Shown here: in pieces, positions 1-25,172 of the stretch
How the letters are laid out: every line of letters begins with the position of its first letter
Numbering within the stretch: the first letter of the stretch is position 1
NCBI RefSeq assembly: GCF_009914755.1
Contig: NC_060925.1
From: the human T2T-CHM13v2.0 reference genome, Homo sapiens
Length of the DNA stretch: 64,000 nucleotides
Direction: 5' to 3' (one strand)
The notes under the pieces: model-generated
Seen by the model: the letters and a program-made list of their open reading frames with translations, nothing else
Told to the model about the DNA's origin: nothing
The model's database searches: none
Made by a program: the position numbers and the translations under genes

Positions 1-1850
1 AACGATAAAACATTGCTTAGAGTAATTAAAGAACTCGGTAAATGGAGAAGTACTATGTTCATGTATTATAAGACTTGATATTTTGAGATATCACTTCTTT
101 CCAAATTGATGTATAATCCCAGCAGGCTTTTTTTTTTTGGTAAAAATTAATAATTGGATTCAAAAATTCAAATCGAAATGCAAGAATCTAGAATATCTAA
201 AGCAATCTTGGAAAATAATAAAGTTAAAGGACTGTACAATCTGACTTTAGGACTAAATATAAAACCACAGAATCATGATAGTGTGGTGCTTGCATAGGGC
301 AGAAAAATAGATCAGTAGGATGCAATAGAGAGCCCAGAAAGGTTAAAAAAAAAATTGTTAGGGAAAGGACAGTGTTTTCAATAAATGGTATTGAAATAAG
401 TGGATATCCATATGAAAAAAAATGAACCTTAATTTCATCTCACATACTACCTCAAAATTAATTTTCACTCATCAAAAGGCTCTACTGGCCTGGCATGGTG
501 GCTCACGCCTGTAATCCCAACACTTTGGGAGGTTGAGGCAGGTGGATCACCTGAGGTCAGGAGTTCTAGACCAACTTGACCAATATGGTGAAAACCCATC
601 TCTACTAAGAATATAAAAATTAGCTGGGCATGGTGATGGGTGCCTGTAATCCCAGCTACTCGAGAGGCTGGGGCAGGAAAATCACTTGAACCCAGGAGGT
701 GGAGGTTGCCGCACGCCGAGATTGCACCACTGCGCTCCAGCCTGGGTGACAGAGGGAGACTCCATCTCAAAAAAAAAAAAAAAAAAAAAGGCACCACCAA
801 TAACTTTAGTAGGCAAGCCACAGATTAGAACATATTTATAAAACACATATGACAAAGGACTTGTATTTAGAAGATTATGAAGAGCTCTTATAATTCAATA
901 GTAAAAAGATAACTCAATTTTTAAAAAGGTAAAAAAATTTTAAGATACTTCACAAAGGAATATATATTGATGGTTAATAAGCACATGAAAAGATACTCAA
1001 CATTGTTAGTCATCAGGAAAATGATTAAAGCCACAATGAGATACCCGTACACACCTAAATGGCTAAAATGTAAAATGACTAAAATATAAAAAGCTGATAC
1101 CATGTATTGGCATGAATGTAGAGTAGTTCGAACTTTCTTATATTATTAATGTGAACATAACATGTATTAGCTAGGATGTGAAGCAGTTGAAACTCTCATA
1201 CATTGTTAATGGGAATGTAGCATGGTATAATCACTTTAGAAAAAGGTCTGGTAGCTTCTTATAAATCTAAATATATATCTACCCTTTAACTGAGTAATTC
1301 TACACTTTTAGGGATTTACCCAAGAGAAGTGAAATATAGCTTGTCAAAAAACATGTTATAGGAATGTTAATAGCTGAAAAATGGAATTGGAGAAACGATA
1401 AATTAACTGGGGTATATTATTCATATTGCCATTGTTACCTGCAACAACATGGATAAATCTCACAAATACTATGCTGAGTTGAAGAAGCCTATGTAAAAAG
1501 GTTTATATTTGTATGGTTCCATTCATATGAAGTTTTGAGGAAGTAAAAGTAATCTGTGGTGACATAATGAGAATAATATTTGCTTGGGGTAGGAAGATAG
1601 TGGTTTGTTTGGGGATTTACGAAGAAAGGACATGGTGGAACTTTCTGGATTGATGGACATGTTCTATATTTTGATAGAGATTTAGGTTATCTGAGTATAT
1701 GTACTTAACAGACTTATCAATTGGCATACGTAAGATTAAGTAATTTAAGATTTGTACAGTTGAATGTTTGTAAATTTACCTAGAAAAACACACAAAAGAA
1801 TTGCAATCAAATACTGAATTTTAGCAAAAATAATTTTATAAAATAAGCGA
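1..1850 (+). mobile_element. Old L1M (L1MB/MC-like) 3' portion, interrupted by an Alu
   Basis: Degraded ORF2 3' and 3'UTR motifs such as aaatggtattgaaataagtggatatcc and cacatgaaaagatactcaacattgttagtcatcaggaaaatg. Confidence 0.75.
487..789 (+). mobile_element. AluS (Sx-like)
   Basis: Full dimer with A tail; cacctgaggtcaggag. Confidence 0.95.
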
Positions 1851-1880
1851 ATTTTACAAAAATAAGGCATATTAAACTTA

Positions 1881-2192
<312 letters not shown>

Positions 2193-3092
2193 GCAAATCT
2201 ATAAAATGTTTAGAAGAAAATATAAGCACATATATTCATGACTGTGAATGAGGGATATATTTCTTACATGGACAGTTGTTTTGGAGAGCAATTTGGAATA
2301 TCCAGTACTTTATGACTCAGTAGTTCAACATCCAAGAAACTTTTTCTACATGCGCACTAGGAAACAACTACAAGAATGTTTACAAGAGTATTGTTTTAAT
2401 GGAGAAGAAAAAGATGGAAAGAAAATTAAATTTCCATTTACTAGAGAATAGATAAATAAATATTGGTATATTCATAGACTGGACCACTGTCTGAAGATCA
2501 GTGAACTAAAGTGAAATATATCCACATGGGTGAATCTCCCAGTTTTCATAATGTTGGCTGATGTCAACAGAGGAATACATATAATATAATACCATGTATA
2601 TATAATTTTAAAACATGTAAAACAATACTACTAATTTTTTACAAATCCAAAAACACGTATTGAAAATATTTAAAAAATTAAGAATAGTTGTTAATTTAGG
2701 ACTGGTGGGAGGTGGGACTTGATACACTTGGAAAGCAAGTCACAGGGGCCCCAGCTGTTATCGTAAAGGTTATTTCTTATGCCAGTGGTGTGTGAAGTCA
2801 TCTCTTTGTTATATTATTAACTATACTACTTTATTTGTCTAAAATATTTTCTAGTTATCACCCACTGCCCCTAATCCTATTTCATTCCTTCTGTATGCTT
2901 GCCACTAATGCCCTTTACAATTCAGCAGCAGTTAATGGCTGGCCTAGAGTGCCTGTAATCTACACTGGGGAGATGGTTCCATCTAGTGGGAAAAATGTTG
3001 CATGTATTCTATGAGACATTCCTTTTAGGAAGGAAGGATAAAGAAGTAATAGTTTGCCTGAGTGCTTTTATTTCACAAAAATTTAAGAGACA

Positions 3093-3437
<345 letters not shown>

Positions 3438-3562
3438 TTATTTAGAAATATGTGGCCTTTTCCATTATTAAGATAATGCTGTGAATTTCCTAGGACATTT
3501 AGGTAGACCAACAGGACTCAGATGGGTTCTTATTTCTAACTTGCATATGTTTTGTTTTTCAG

Positions 3563-3594
3563 AAGGAGTTGAGCCTTCCAAGAAGAGGCAGCTT
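3563..3594 (+). CDS. MAST2: MAST2 canonical internal coding exon (32 nt, phase 0 to 2), KELSLPRRGS(F)
   Basis: tttgtttttcAG acceptor (AG 3561-3562) and GTAAGT donor (3595-3600). Translation AAG GAG TTG AGC CTT CCA AGA AGA GGC AGC TT matches recalled MAST2 ...LTAGL-KELSLPRRGSF-CRTSNRKS. Confidence 0.93.
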
Positions 3595-5111
3595 GTAAGT
3601 AGATGATTATTACCATTATGATTATGATCTCCTACTTAGGAACCCCTCTTGGGAACATTTCCCACTATCATGTGGAGGAATCCCGCTCAGTACACAATTT
3701 CTTTCTGTGTACTCCTATCTGAGCTAGGGAAGCCAGCAGGCCAACTGACTTCTCCCACTAGGTCAGATCTTCCCCTCCTCCCCATTCCTCCCGACCTCCA
3801 AACCTCTTCCCTCTCAGTTTCTACATAGCATTCTGGGAAAGTTACAACTTAAATATTCATCACAGTCTTATACTTGTGCTTTGGGATTTACTGAGTTTTC
3901 GTAGACTCAAGCTAAGGAAGTAGGAATATTAAAATGGAAACCCTTTGCATTTACATCTATCCGGTAACATGGTATGAGGAGAAGACCAACTTTTCTGATA
4001 AGTTGAGGCAAGGCCAGCTAAGTTTGGAGACTATGTTGAATGGAATAGGTTCCCAACCTGTTTGGTTTTTTTCTGGCTTCAGGGTTAGGGGAGATTAATA
4101 AATAGTCTTTGCCCCTGGATTTTAATTTCTTAAATTCTCTTGGACTGCTTTTCCTCTAGGAATTCTGTTGGGGCAGTATTAGAAATTTGGCCAATCAGAA
4201 TCTCCTGGAATGTTTGTTAAAGTGCAGAGTGTGAACTTAATGCATTAAAATCTCTGTGTTGGGGCCCAAAAACCTGTACTGTATATACCTAAAACATACT
4301 CATATTTACCATGATTTACTAGTAAAGTCACATCTGGGGAACCCTAAGGAAATAGAGCTGTGATAAAACAATGGCTTTTAAACTTTTCCTTAACAAAAAA
4401 AGAGATGTAATTAAGGAGGAGATCACAACAGCATTCATATTTATTAAGTATACTTTATATACACATCATATGCAATTTTTAAATGTTTAAATGAAACATG
4501 TAGTAATTCTTTCTGTTACTGTCCATTTTAGGATTTTGTTTTGTGAAAAATGCTCTAGTGATTAAATTTTCCTCTGAGGTTTTTGTGAAGCCTTTTGGGC
4601 TGTTTACGAAAACTTATTTTGGTTTGATATGAAGAGGCTTGAGTCAGAAAACTCATAAGGTTCAGTCTTGACCATGCCATTTAACTAGCTTTGTAAACCT
4701 AGACAAATCACTTTATCTTCTTAAACCTCAGTTGCCTTATCTATAAAATGAAGATAATGTTACCTGTGTTTTCTTCTTACTAAGCCTGTTAGAAGGATCA
4801 CTTAATATATGTATAGTGCTTTATTACTTATAGTTTAATTTTAATATATATTAGTTTTAGAATTCTTAATGGGTTAAATTTGGATGAATTCTATTATTTA
4901 AGAGGCACATTTTAAATTTTAAATTCAGTTTCTAGCAGTGGATATTCAGTCTAGCTTCACAAGTGTCCTGAGTCTTCTGTAAATGGCAAGGGCTCTACCA
5001 GGACTCTTAGAGGAATGAGACACCAAATAGGTATGCATAACTGAAAAGGAGTAGCTTTTCAGCATCATAGTCAGGAAATATTTGTACTTGGTCATTTTTC
5101 TACTATTTCTG

Positions 5112-5132
5112 CCCCCCCCCCCCCCCCCCCCC
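5112..5132. repeat. Poly-C (C21) tract
   Basis: Uninterrupted run of 21 C. Confidence 0.97.
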
Positions 5133-5477
5133 GCTTTTTTTTGGTTGCTTCTATTTGAAAACTGCCTGAGATTTGCCTTTTCTTAGTATTAAGTGAAATA
5201 AATTAAGGCCTGAGACAGGTAGCTTCTTGCAGAAATGTGTGTCCTCAATGAATGGAGTTGCTGGGAAGAAGGAGAAGGAGGAGTATTCTTATTTTTATTT
5301 TATACCAGAATAATTTTTTGGTCATTTTAGTGATATCTAAAGTTAGGCCTACTCTAACTGCCTTAAAAACGTTTAATTAATAAGGATCAGAAATAGATTT
5401 TCCCTCCTCTTTTTTGATAAAGTAACTCACATTTAAACAATTGATCACTCAGTAAATACACAGTAATATCTACTCTG

Positions 5478-5832
<355 letters not shown>

Positions 5833-6929
5833 TTAAGATTCAATTAGATAAATTCTTCTCTTTTGAAGAGCTTACACTTAAGTAAGCCAGAAGTTCTTCA
5901 GTTCTTTAATATAAACAATATCCTTTCTTATCTTTAACATTAGAGGAGTCGAAAAAGTTTTGTTCTGGAAGGAAGCAAGGAAACATGGGTACTAATATAG
6001 GCTTTGCCACTAACAAATTATGTGTGGCTTTAAAACAGGAGCTCCCACTTCTGGACCTGAATTGCCATACTTGTAAAATGAAGGGATTGGCTACCTGATC
6101 TCTATGCTTAGTCATCTCCCCAAACAGTTAAAGTTCCATGGTACCTCTTGTACACAGAGCTGGGCAAGTCTTTGTAGGGAGTGTGCAGTAGGAGGCAAAG
6201 TACTGCTTAGCATTTGTAGTAAAGAAAACAGGTAAGAACCACAAAACAAATATTTGAATAAGTTTAATTACTACAAAATTTGTTGTGTGGAAAAACTGAT
6301 GTTAATAAAATGAGTGACTTACCATTTGCTCCACTGTTTCTCGTCCTCATAGCCTGATCTGGAAAATTTTTAAAGTTTCTATAATTGTCATTTAAGTCTT
6401 GGTCAGAAGGAGGGGGCATCATATTTGTGTCCCTGTTTGCCTTTCTTAGAATGGTTCTCCCAAGAGCGAATCCTATGGTGTGCTCATTCCAGGTTATAAA
6501 GGCCCGTTTCCTCTGATATATCCTTCATGGACATAGAGAAATTTAGAATTTGCCTCTAGTTTGGTGTTCTTGTCCTTTGAGAGAGCGTTTTTGTTAATTA
6601 ATTTTTGAGGCTTTCAATTGCTGTGCTTTTCACGTAATATGTTAGTTGCATTAAAATGGACAGGAACTCAAATATGAGTTTCTAGACTTATGTGACAACT
6701 TGGCATTATACAAAATACACATTCTTCCACTCAACAAGTAATTCCTCCAAAGTCTCCAAATTGGTAAGTGGAAGTATAGCATAAAAATTAACAGCTTGGG
6801 TTTGCAAGTCAGGCAGATGTGGGTTTCAGTCACGGCACTATTACTTACTAGATGTTTTTTGGTAAAATCAGTTACTATATTTTTGTCTTTTTGCCTCCAT
6901 TCACTTTGTCATTTGCTCAAATCTTTCCA

Positions 6930-7410
6930 TCCATGCATCCATCATACTATATTATTTTAGTTCCAGTTAGGTGTAGGCACTATTCTAGATACTGGAGATA
7001 CAGTAGTGAATAAAGCAGACAAGGTCCCTGTGCTCATGGAGTTTCCATTCTACTTAAGAGAGACAAAAACATGTATGATATGCCATATGGTACTTACTGC
7101 TATGAAGAAAAATAAAGCCAGATATCAGAGAGGAGGATGTGTGTTTCTGTGGGGGTGAGGGTTTAAATTTTAAATTTTAAATTGAATTGTCTAGGCTGGG
7201 TGTGGTGGTTCACACCTGTAATCCGAGCACTTTGAGAGACTAAGGCAGGAGGATCGCTTGAGTTCAGGAGTTTGAGAACAGCCTGGGCAACATAGTGAGA
7301 CCCTGTCTCTACAGAAAAATTTTAAAAATCAAAAAATTTTGTATTGTCCAGGAATTTTCTCATTAAGGCAACATTTGAGCAGAGAACAGGAGTCTGGAAT
7401 GAGTGATACT
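6930..7410 (+). mobile_element. L2 fragment interrupted by a free Alu monomer (FLAM-like, about 7194-7330)
   Basis: L2 motif ggcactattctagatactggagatacagtagtgaataaagcagacaaggtccctg; single Alu left-arm-like monomer. Confidence 0.7.
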
Positions 7411-7429
7411 GAGATAGAGATAGATCGAT

Positions 7430-7521
7430 AAATATATATGTATATATTATATATATTTATATACTTATATAAGTATACATATATATTTATATATTGTATA
7501 CATATTTATATATGTATCTAT

Positions 7522-7554
<33 letters not shown>
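7430..7554. repeat. (TA)-rich low complexity followed by (CA)n microsatellite
   Basis: Direct reading; CA run about 7526-7554. Confidence 0.9.
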
Positions 7555-7555
<1 letters not shown>

Positions 7556-8045
7556 TTATAGTGACATTGGTCAGATTAGGGAAGAGAGCTGTTACATTCT
7601 AATACGCAAAATGCAAACATCATCTATGCCTGCCACGATAAGGGCTTTATTGGGGCAAGGTGGTTATGAAAGTTCTTTTGGCCTGGCTCATACCATTTAT
7701 TTTAGATGTAGCTTCCTGAAACTAAATCATTTTCATTTTTAGAAAGCTATTTCATATTTAAACCCATCTGGGTATTTTTTTAATGCATTAAAAATGTAGT
7801 TTAGAATATCAGACCTAAGGGAGTTGATAACTTTGTTCAAAGTACAATATCTGTGAAAAGAAGATTTTGAAGTTCTAAAGTTACTTGTATCTGTTTACCC
7901 AGGCTAGAAGGGTTTTATATTTTACTTTTTCATAATTGAAGCAGCTCTGAATGGCTTTTCTTGCCCAATGCTATAGTGGGGGCCTCTTTTTGATGATTCC
8001 TTTCAAATAGGATTGTTTCTTTTGCTGTTGTTGTTATTTTGTTTG

Positions 8046-8332
8046 TTTTTGTGACAGGGTCTCATTCTTTAGCCTAGGCTGGAGTGCAGTGGCGCAGTCT
8101 CAGCTCACTGCAGCCTGGTCCTCCCTGGCCTCAGGAGATCTTCCCATCACAGCCTCCTGAGTAGCTGGCACCACAGGCACCTGCCACCACATCTGGCTAA
8201 TTTTTGTATTTTTTGTAGAGATGGGGTTTCACTATGTTACTCAGGCTGGTCTGGAACTCCTGAGCTCAAGCTATCTGCCTACCTTGGCTTCCCAAAGTGC
8301 TTAGATTACAGGCATGAACCACAATGCCTGGC
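8046..8332 (-). mobile_element. AluJ
   Basis: Antisense Alu; gacagggtctc and ctcctgagctcaag are J-type features. Confidence 0.9.
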
Positions 8333-9448
8333 GACTGTTTATTTTGTTTGTGAATTTCAGCACCAGTACCTAGACCCTGCATTTGGGAGCTTAATGTAAA
8401 TAATGCTTATGTCTCCAGTTACCCTGAAAGTAAAGCTTTTCTAATACCCATTAGGCTTAAGATAATTTTCCTCATATTTCATGAAATGTCTTGCTTTATT
8501 TCTTAGAGGCTATGAGCAGTCAATTGAGATAACAGACTGTAGGAGTGGAGAGGTAGCTGTTGGTTGCATTCATCATGGGGTATGTGTATATGTGTGTGTT
8601 GATATTATTGGCATTGCTGGCTTGTAGTCTTTAGAGCCCTTGGGGATAGTTAACCTTTTATTTTGTCAGCTTATTCATTTGGGCAGTGGACTTAGATACC
8701 AGATATTGGATGAAAGTTAATGTCTGGTGTCTGCAGTGATAGGCACTGCATAGTGGGCAGGGAGGAGTTCCTGGGCCCCAGGGATGTGATGTGTCAAACT
8801 TTGTTCCTATGAAACTGACAGTGTCATGTACTTTCCCATTCTGATGCAACTTGATGCCTGGATCAATGCTTCTGGAAAATGTGCTAAAAAGAGATACCAC
8901 CTGCTGCATACACATAATAAACCCTTTGTTGAGGTATCAGTGGCGTCTGATATAGGGCTTTAGGTTTTCTGTGGGGCTTTGAAAATCAGGAAATTTTGCA
9001 ATCTTTCAAGACTCTAAAGCCCAGAGTGATAGCTTTGTGTTACATTTAAGACCCTGTCTTTTAAAAGTTGGTGGGAAGTAATTTCATATAGATTCTCTAA
9101 GTGTCCAATGGGAAGGCAGGACGTAGCAGAGGTTGGGAGGGAAGTAGCCATAGTCATCACTCATATCCCTACAGGGAACCAGTTTGTTGTTAAAAAATGG
9201 ATGTAGTTGTTGGCGAGCTTTACCTGTGTAGGTGGGATCTGAAAATCCTTGAGAACCTGTTTTTGTTACTGTATGTTGAGAATAGTTGTCATGCTCATTA
9301 TCCCCACATTTATATCGCTAGATCTCATAACTGTCCATTCACCATAATGTGACTGAATATTTCAGAGACATCTGAACTGCAGCATTTATGAATCTGAGTC
9401 ATTGTCTTTCTCAAAAATCAGGTCCTCTCTTATACTCTAGCTTATTAA

Positions 9449-10176
<728 letters not shown>

Positions 10177-10392
10177 TGGTGTTCTCTCTTTCTTTATACT
10201 ACCACTGGTTTGTCCAGATAGTCACAGCCATTGTAATCTCTTGCCTCTGCTACTGCCATAACCTCCTAACTGGCCTTTCTTTATCTGGCATTGCTCACCC
10301 TCAGTCTACCTAACTATCATACAATAGCCAGGAAAAGCTTTTTAAAATGCGGATTTCATTATTAGATATTAATTTAAACTTTTTTGGTGAAA

Positions 10393-11245
10393 TTTTTTTT
10401 TTTTTGAAACAGAATCTCACTTTGTCACCCAGGTTGGAGTACAGTGGTGCGATCACGGCTCAGTGCAGCCCCAGCCTTCCTGGGCTCAGGTGGTACTCGC
10501 ACCTCAGTCTCCCAAGTAGCTGGGACCACAGGTGCACGCCGCCACACCCAGCTAATTTTTGTACTTCTTGTAGAGGTGGGGTTTTGCCATGTTGCCCTGG
10601 CTGGTCTCAAACTCCTGGGCTAAAACTACCTGCCTTCCTCGGCCTTCCGAGGTGCTGAGATTACAGGTGTGAGCCTCTGCACCTGGCCTTTGGTGAATTT
10701 TTTCTTACTCTTAGGATCACACCTGACTATCTATACAGTGTGGTTGCTATATTTTTCTCCATGTTTTACACAATGTGTTCTCTGTGCCTGGAATTTTTGT
10801 TTTGTTTCGTTTTGTTTTGTTTTTTTGAGGCAGAATCTCACTCTGTTGCCAGGCTGGAGTACAGTGACGCAATCTTGGCTCACTGCAACCTCCACCTCCT
10901 GGGTTCAAGCAATTCTCTTGTCTCAGCCTCCTGAGTAGCTGGGACTACAGGTGCACGCCATGACACCCAGCTAATTTTTTTTTTTTATTTTTAGTAGAGC
11001 CAGGGTTTCACCACATTGGTCAGGCTGGTCTCGAACTCCCAACCTCAGGTGATTAAGCAATTCTCCTGCCTCAGCCTCCCAAGTAGCTGGGACTACAGGT
11101 GCGCTCCACCACGCTGAGCTAATTTTTATATTTTTAGGGTTTCACCATGTTGGCCATGATGGTCTCAATCTTTTGACCTCGTGATCCGCCTGCCTCGGCC
11201 TCCCAAAAGTGCTGGGATTACAGGCATGAGCCCCCGTGCCCAGCT
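10393..11245 (-). mobile_element. AluJ (10393-10688) and a chimeric, extended AluS (about 10795-11245)
   Basis: Antisense Alu sequence; the second element repeats the aagcaattctc...gtttcacc block. Confidence 0.85.
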
Positions 11246-11477
11246 GGAATGTTCTTTTTCCATCTATACCAATCTAGTTCCTACACACCTTTCAAGTCCC
11301 AGCTTACACCTCACTTCCTTATGAAAGGCGTTCCTGACCTCACCCAAACCTTGCTGTCTGTAGACTAAGTTGGGTTTCCCAGAACATACTTTCAATAAAG
11401 CCTCTACTTTTTCTTCATAGCTCTTACATCAGTTGTAAATAAAGAACTATTTGTCTGCCTTTTCCCGTTGTGTAGTA

Positions 11478-11898
11478 TGTAAGTATTAGCTCAGGCTGCT
11501 GTAACAAAATACCACATGCTTAAATAACAAAAATTTATTTTCTTACAGTTATGCAAACTAGTAGTCCAAGAAGGTGACAACATGCTAAGTTTCTGGTAAA
11601 CCTCTCTTCCTGGCTTGCAGAGAGTGGCCTTCTTGCTGTGTGCTCACATGGCCTTTATGTGGTACACCAGCCTGAGGATAGGGGCATAGATCTGTCTCTT
11701 CTTCTTTTTCTTCTTCCTTCTCCCTCCTTCCTTATTTTTTCCTTCATTTTCAAGCCCAACAGTCCTATAGGATTAGAGCCACCCCTATGACCTCATTTAA
11801 CCTTAATTACTTCCTAAAGAACCTATATGGAAATATAGTCAGATTGGGGGTAAAAGCTTTAACATGAATTTTGGGGAGACACAGTTTAGTCCATAGCA
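11478..11898 (-). mobile_element. MaLR LTR, MLT1A-like
   Basis: ctcaggctgctgtaacaaaatacca... to ...ggggagacacagtttagtccatagca, typical of reverse MLT1A. Confidence 0.8.
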
Positions 11899-12413
11899 GA
11901 TGGTAAGCTCCGTGAGGTCAGGACCATGTTGTGCGGTACAATATGCTGATCCCAGAGCCTACTATAGAGTTTAACACAAATTGGCAATCATTTGAACTTG
12001 TTCCAAACATTGGTATGGTCTGGCACAAGAATACAAATAGAGGTATACACGTTTAATCATTTAAAATAGAGCTACCAAATTGTAAAATAAAATAAATGCT
12101 TTGTCCTCCTACCTCTAGAAATATAGTTGCATAATAACAAATTTTGAAATATGTGTAAAGCTATTGATTTTTAAAAAATAAGCACATGTTAAATATTTAA
12201 CTCATTGTTAGTAAGGAAATCTGGCAGATATATTAGCCAGTTCAAAGAAGTAAAAGAACCACAAAGTGATATGTGGTATGTGTATGTGTAGTGTTGAAAT
12301 AAATGTATTATTTATTATAAAATTGAGTTTTTCCATGGAGAGAAGGGAAGTCAGTTGCACCTTCACTGTACAGAATTGATCAGCATGTCTATAGACAAAC
12401 ATTATTTTGTGCA

Positions 12414-12697
12414 CTGGATGTACTAGCTCACACCTGTAATCCCAGCACTTTGGGAGGCTGAGGCAGGAAGATCACTTGAGCCCAGGAGTTTGAGCCCAGC
12501 CTGGGCAATGTAGTGAGACCCTGTCTCTGCAAAAGTTTTTTTAAAAAAATTAGCCAGGTGTGGTGGTGACTGCCTGTAGTCCTAGCTACTTAGGGGGCTG
12601 AAGTGGGAAGGTTGAGCCTGCAGTGAGCCGTGATTGTGCCACTGTACTCCACCCTGGGTGACAGAGAGAGACCGTTTCAAAACAAAACAAAAAAAAG
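12414..12697 (+). mobile_element. AluJ
   Basis: cacttgagcccaggagttt; right-arm deletion. Confidence 0.9.
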
Positions 12698-12849
12698 AAA
12701 TTATTTCACATAACGTCAGTTACCTACCTATAACTTACAGAGTTGTAAAGTAGCTCAAAGACAATAAAAGACAAACTAGAAGAGTATTCTCTAAACAATA
12801 TGCATAGTTTTTTATTGGAAATATCTAGTAACCTTTTTTTCTTTTTTAA

Positions 12850-15960
<3,111 letters not shown>

Positions 15961-16089
15961 CTTTACTTGAGTACAAGTTTTAGGGGTTCTCAAGGTCACA
16001 ATTAATTTGATAATGAGTACTAAGATGTTATTAAGATGCAGTGCATTTTTAGTGTTATCATCAAATGAATCAGTAAGTGTTTTTTAATG

Positions 16090-16560
16090 TCTCAGTTTCC
16101 ATTTTCAATACTGTAATTATTGATGGTTATATCCCACAGAAACAATTTGGGGTCCTTCATTTTATGAATTTTGGCAAATATATATACCCATGTAACTACA
16201 ACCACAATTAATAGATAGAACATTTTTCTTACCCCCAAATATTCCTTCTGTAGTTTTGCAGTCAATCCCATCTTCCACATCTTGGCCTCAGGCAACCACT
16301 GATCTATTGTTTGGCACTACAGATTAGCTTTGCCTGTGGTAGAATTTCATATAAATGAAAATGACAAATGACCTGCTTTTTTGTAATTGGCTTCCTTTAT
16401 GTTTCAGTGTTTCCTTTTGTGACTATACCACTATTTGATGGATATTTGGGTTGTTTCTAGTTTTTGGATATTATGAATAAAGCTGCTATAATCATTCATG
16501 TATAAGTTTTTTTTTTATGGGCATATGTTTTCATTTCTCTTGGGTACATACCCGGGATTG
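16090..16560 (-). mobile_element. Old L1M 3' fragment
   Basis: caggcaaccactgatct, ttgggttgtttctagtttttggatattatgaataaagctgct. Confidence 0.75.
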
Positions 16561-17244
16561 GTCAGCCCATAAAATCAGTGTCCCACTCTGCTGCCACAAA
16601 TGGGAATAACTTAGCTATAAATAAATACAAAACAAAACCCAGTTATGTAAAGAAAAATTGAAATTAGAAATGTGGAGATTCCGTAAACTTCTTTGTTCAT
16701 CTGGGAGCCAACTTCAGATTACCACTTCAGATTTACCTGTGGGAACCAAGCACTGATGTACATGGATGGTCCACGTGAGGTGTACTTCTCTGATGTGACT
16801 CACAGGTTAATTCTTTGGACATTTGGTGGAAGACTTCCAAAACTGTTTAACAGACAGTTTTTTTAAAAAAAGTAAAAACAAAAAATCATGGCTTTCATCC
16901 AGATATAAAATGAAAACATTCAAAGATGAAAGAAAAACAGCATATCATCAAAGAGAGAAACAGGCAAATATTACAACCAATTCCATTATCAATTTTTATA
17001 CAATTGAAAATGGCAAAATGTCAAAAATGACAGTTGAATTAACACTGCACATGTCTATGTGTTCATCTATTTAAATGAGCAATAAAGTAAAGGCAAATTC
17101 ATAAATTATTAAAATATTTACACTTTTCTTTGGCTTTATTTTTACCAAAATTGTTATTTGTAATCAATAATTTCTTGTAAATTGTATTCTTTTAATAACA
17201 ATGCCAAATGAAACAGACTTTCTTGAATGACTATATTTCTTAGA

Positions 17245-17531
17245 TTTTTTTTTTTTTTTGAGACCGAGTCTTGCTCTGTTGCCCAGGTTGGAGTGCAGTG
17301 GCACTGCAACCTCTGCCTCCCTGGTTCAAGGAATTCTCATGCCTCAGCCTCCCGAGTAGCTGGGACTACAGACATGGGTGCCACCACACCTGGCTAATTT
17401 TTGTGTTTTTAGTAGAGATGGGGGTTTCACCATATTGGCCAGGCTAGTCTCGAACTCCTGACCTCAAGTGATCCGCCCTCCTTGGTCTCCCAAAGTGCTG
17501 GGATTACAGGTGTGAGCCACTGTACTTAGCC
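17245..17531 (-). mobile_element. AluS
   Basis: Antisense dimer; duplication tcttagattttt on both sides. Confidence 0.92.
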
Positions 17532-17532
17532 T

Positions 17533-17968
17533 CTTAGATTTTTATTTTAATATTTACCGGTTTATAGGATATTGCAAAGGATAGAGATGAAGAGATTCAT
17601 AGGGTGAGTTACTAGGGAAGGGGCAGGGAGCTTCTGTGCCCTCCCCAGCCGTGTCACTTCAATAACTTCCATGTGTGCAGCCATCCTGAAGCTCACTGAA
17701 CCCTGTCCTCTTGGGTTTTTATGGAAGCTTCATGAAGTCAATATTTCTTGCCCCAGGTGTAGGGTGGAACTCTCTCATGGGAGAGCCTTAAGACCCACAG
17801 TCAGAAAGGTTGGGGAACATTAAAGTGAAAGGAGAGCTGGAGAAGGTCAGAGGCCTGCCCCTGAGGCCTAACGCAGCCAACATTCTAACAAAAGACTGTA
17901 ACTAGGGCTATGGGAGTTGTAAGCCAGAAACCGTAGATTAAAACCAGTATGTATATCATAACACCACA
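17533..17968 (-). mobile_element. ERVL-class LTR (MER21A-like), partial 3' LTR
   Basis: Minus strand begins TGTGGTGTTATGATATAC...CTGGCTTACAACTCCCATAGCCC; preceded by purine-rich tagggggtgacc (PPT-like). Confidence 0.65.
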
Positions 17969-20480
<2,512 letters not shown>

Positions 20481-20499
20481 TGGCCAAAAATATTTTTCC

Positions 20500-24965
<4,466 letters not shown>

Positions 24966-25172
24966 AGTTTAGAAGTGGATTCTTCCTGAATCGGGTCTCC
25001 ATATGAAAACATAGCCCAGGTGACACCTTGCTTGCAGCTTTAAGAGACCCTAAGCAAGGACCCAGCTAAGCTGTGCTTGAATTCCTGAATCAGAAACTGT
25101 GAGATAGTAAATGTGTATTGTTTTAGGTGGCTAAGTTTTTGCTAATTTGTTATGCAATAGAAAACTAATACA
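24966..25172 (+). mobile_element. MaLR LTR 3' fragment (MLT1D/E-like)
   Basis: cagaaactgtgagatagtaaatgtgtattgttttag...caatagaaaactaataca. Confidence 0.75.
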
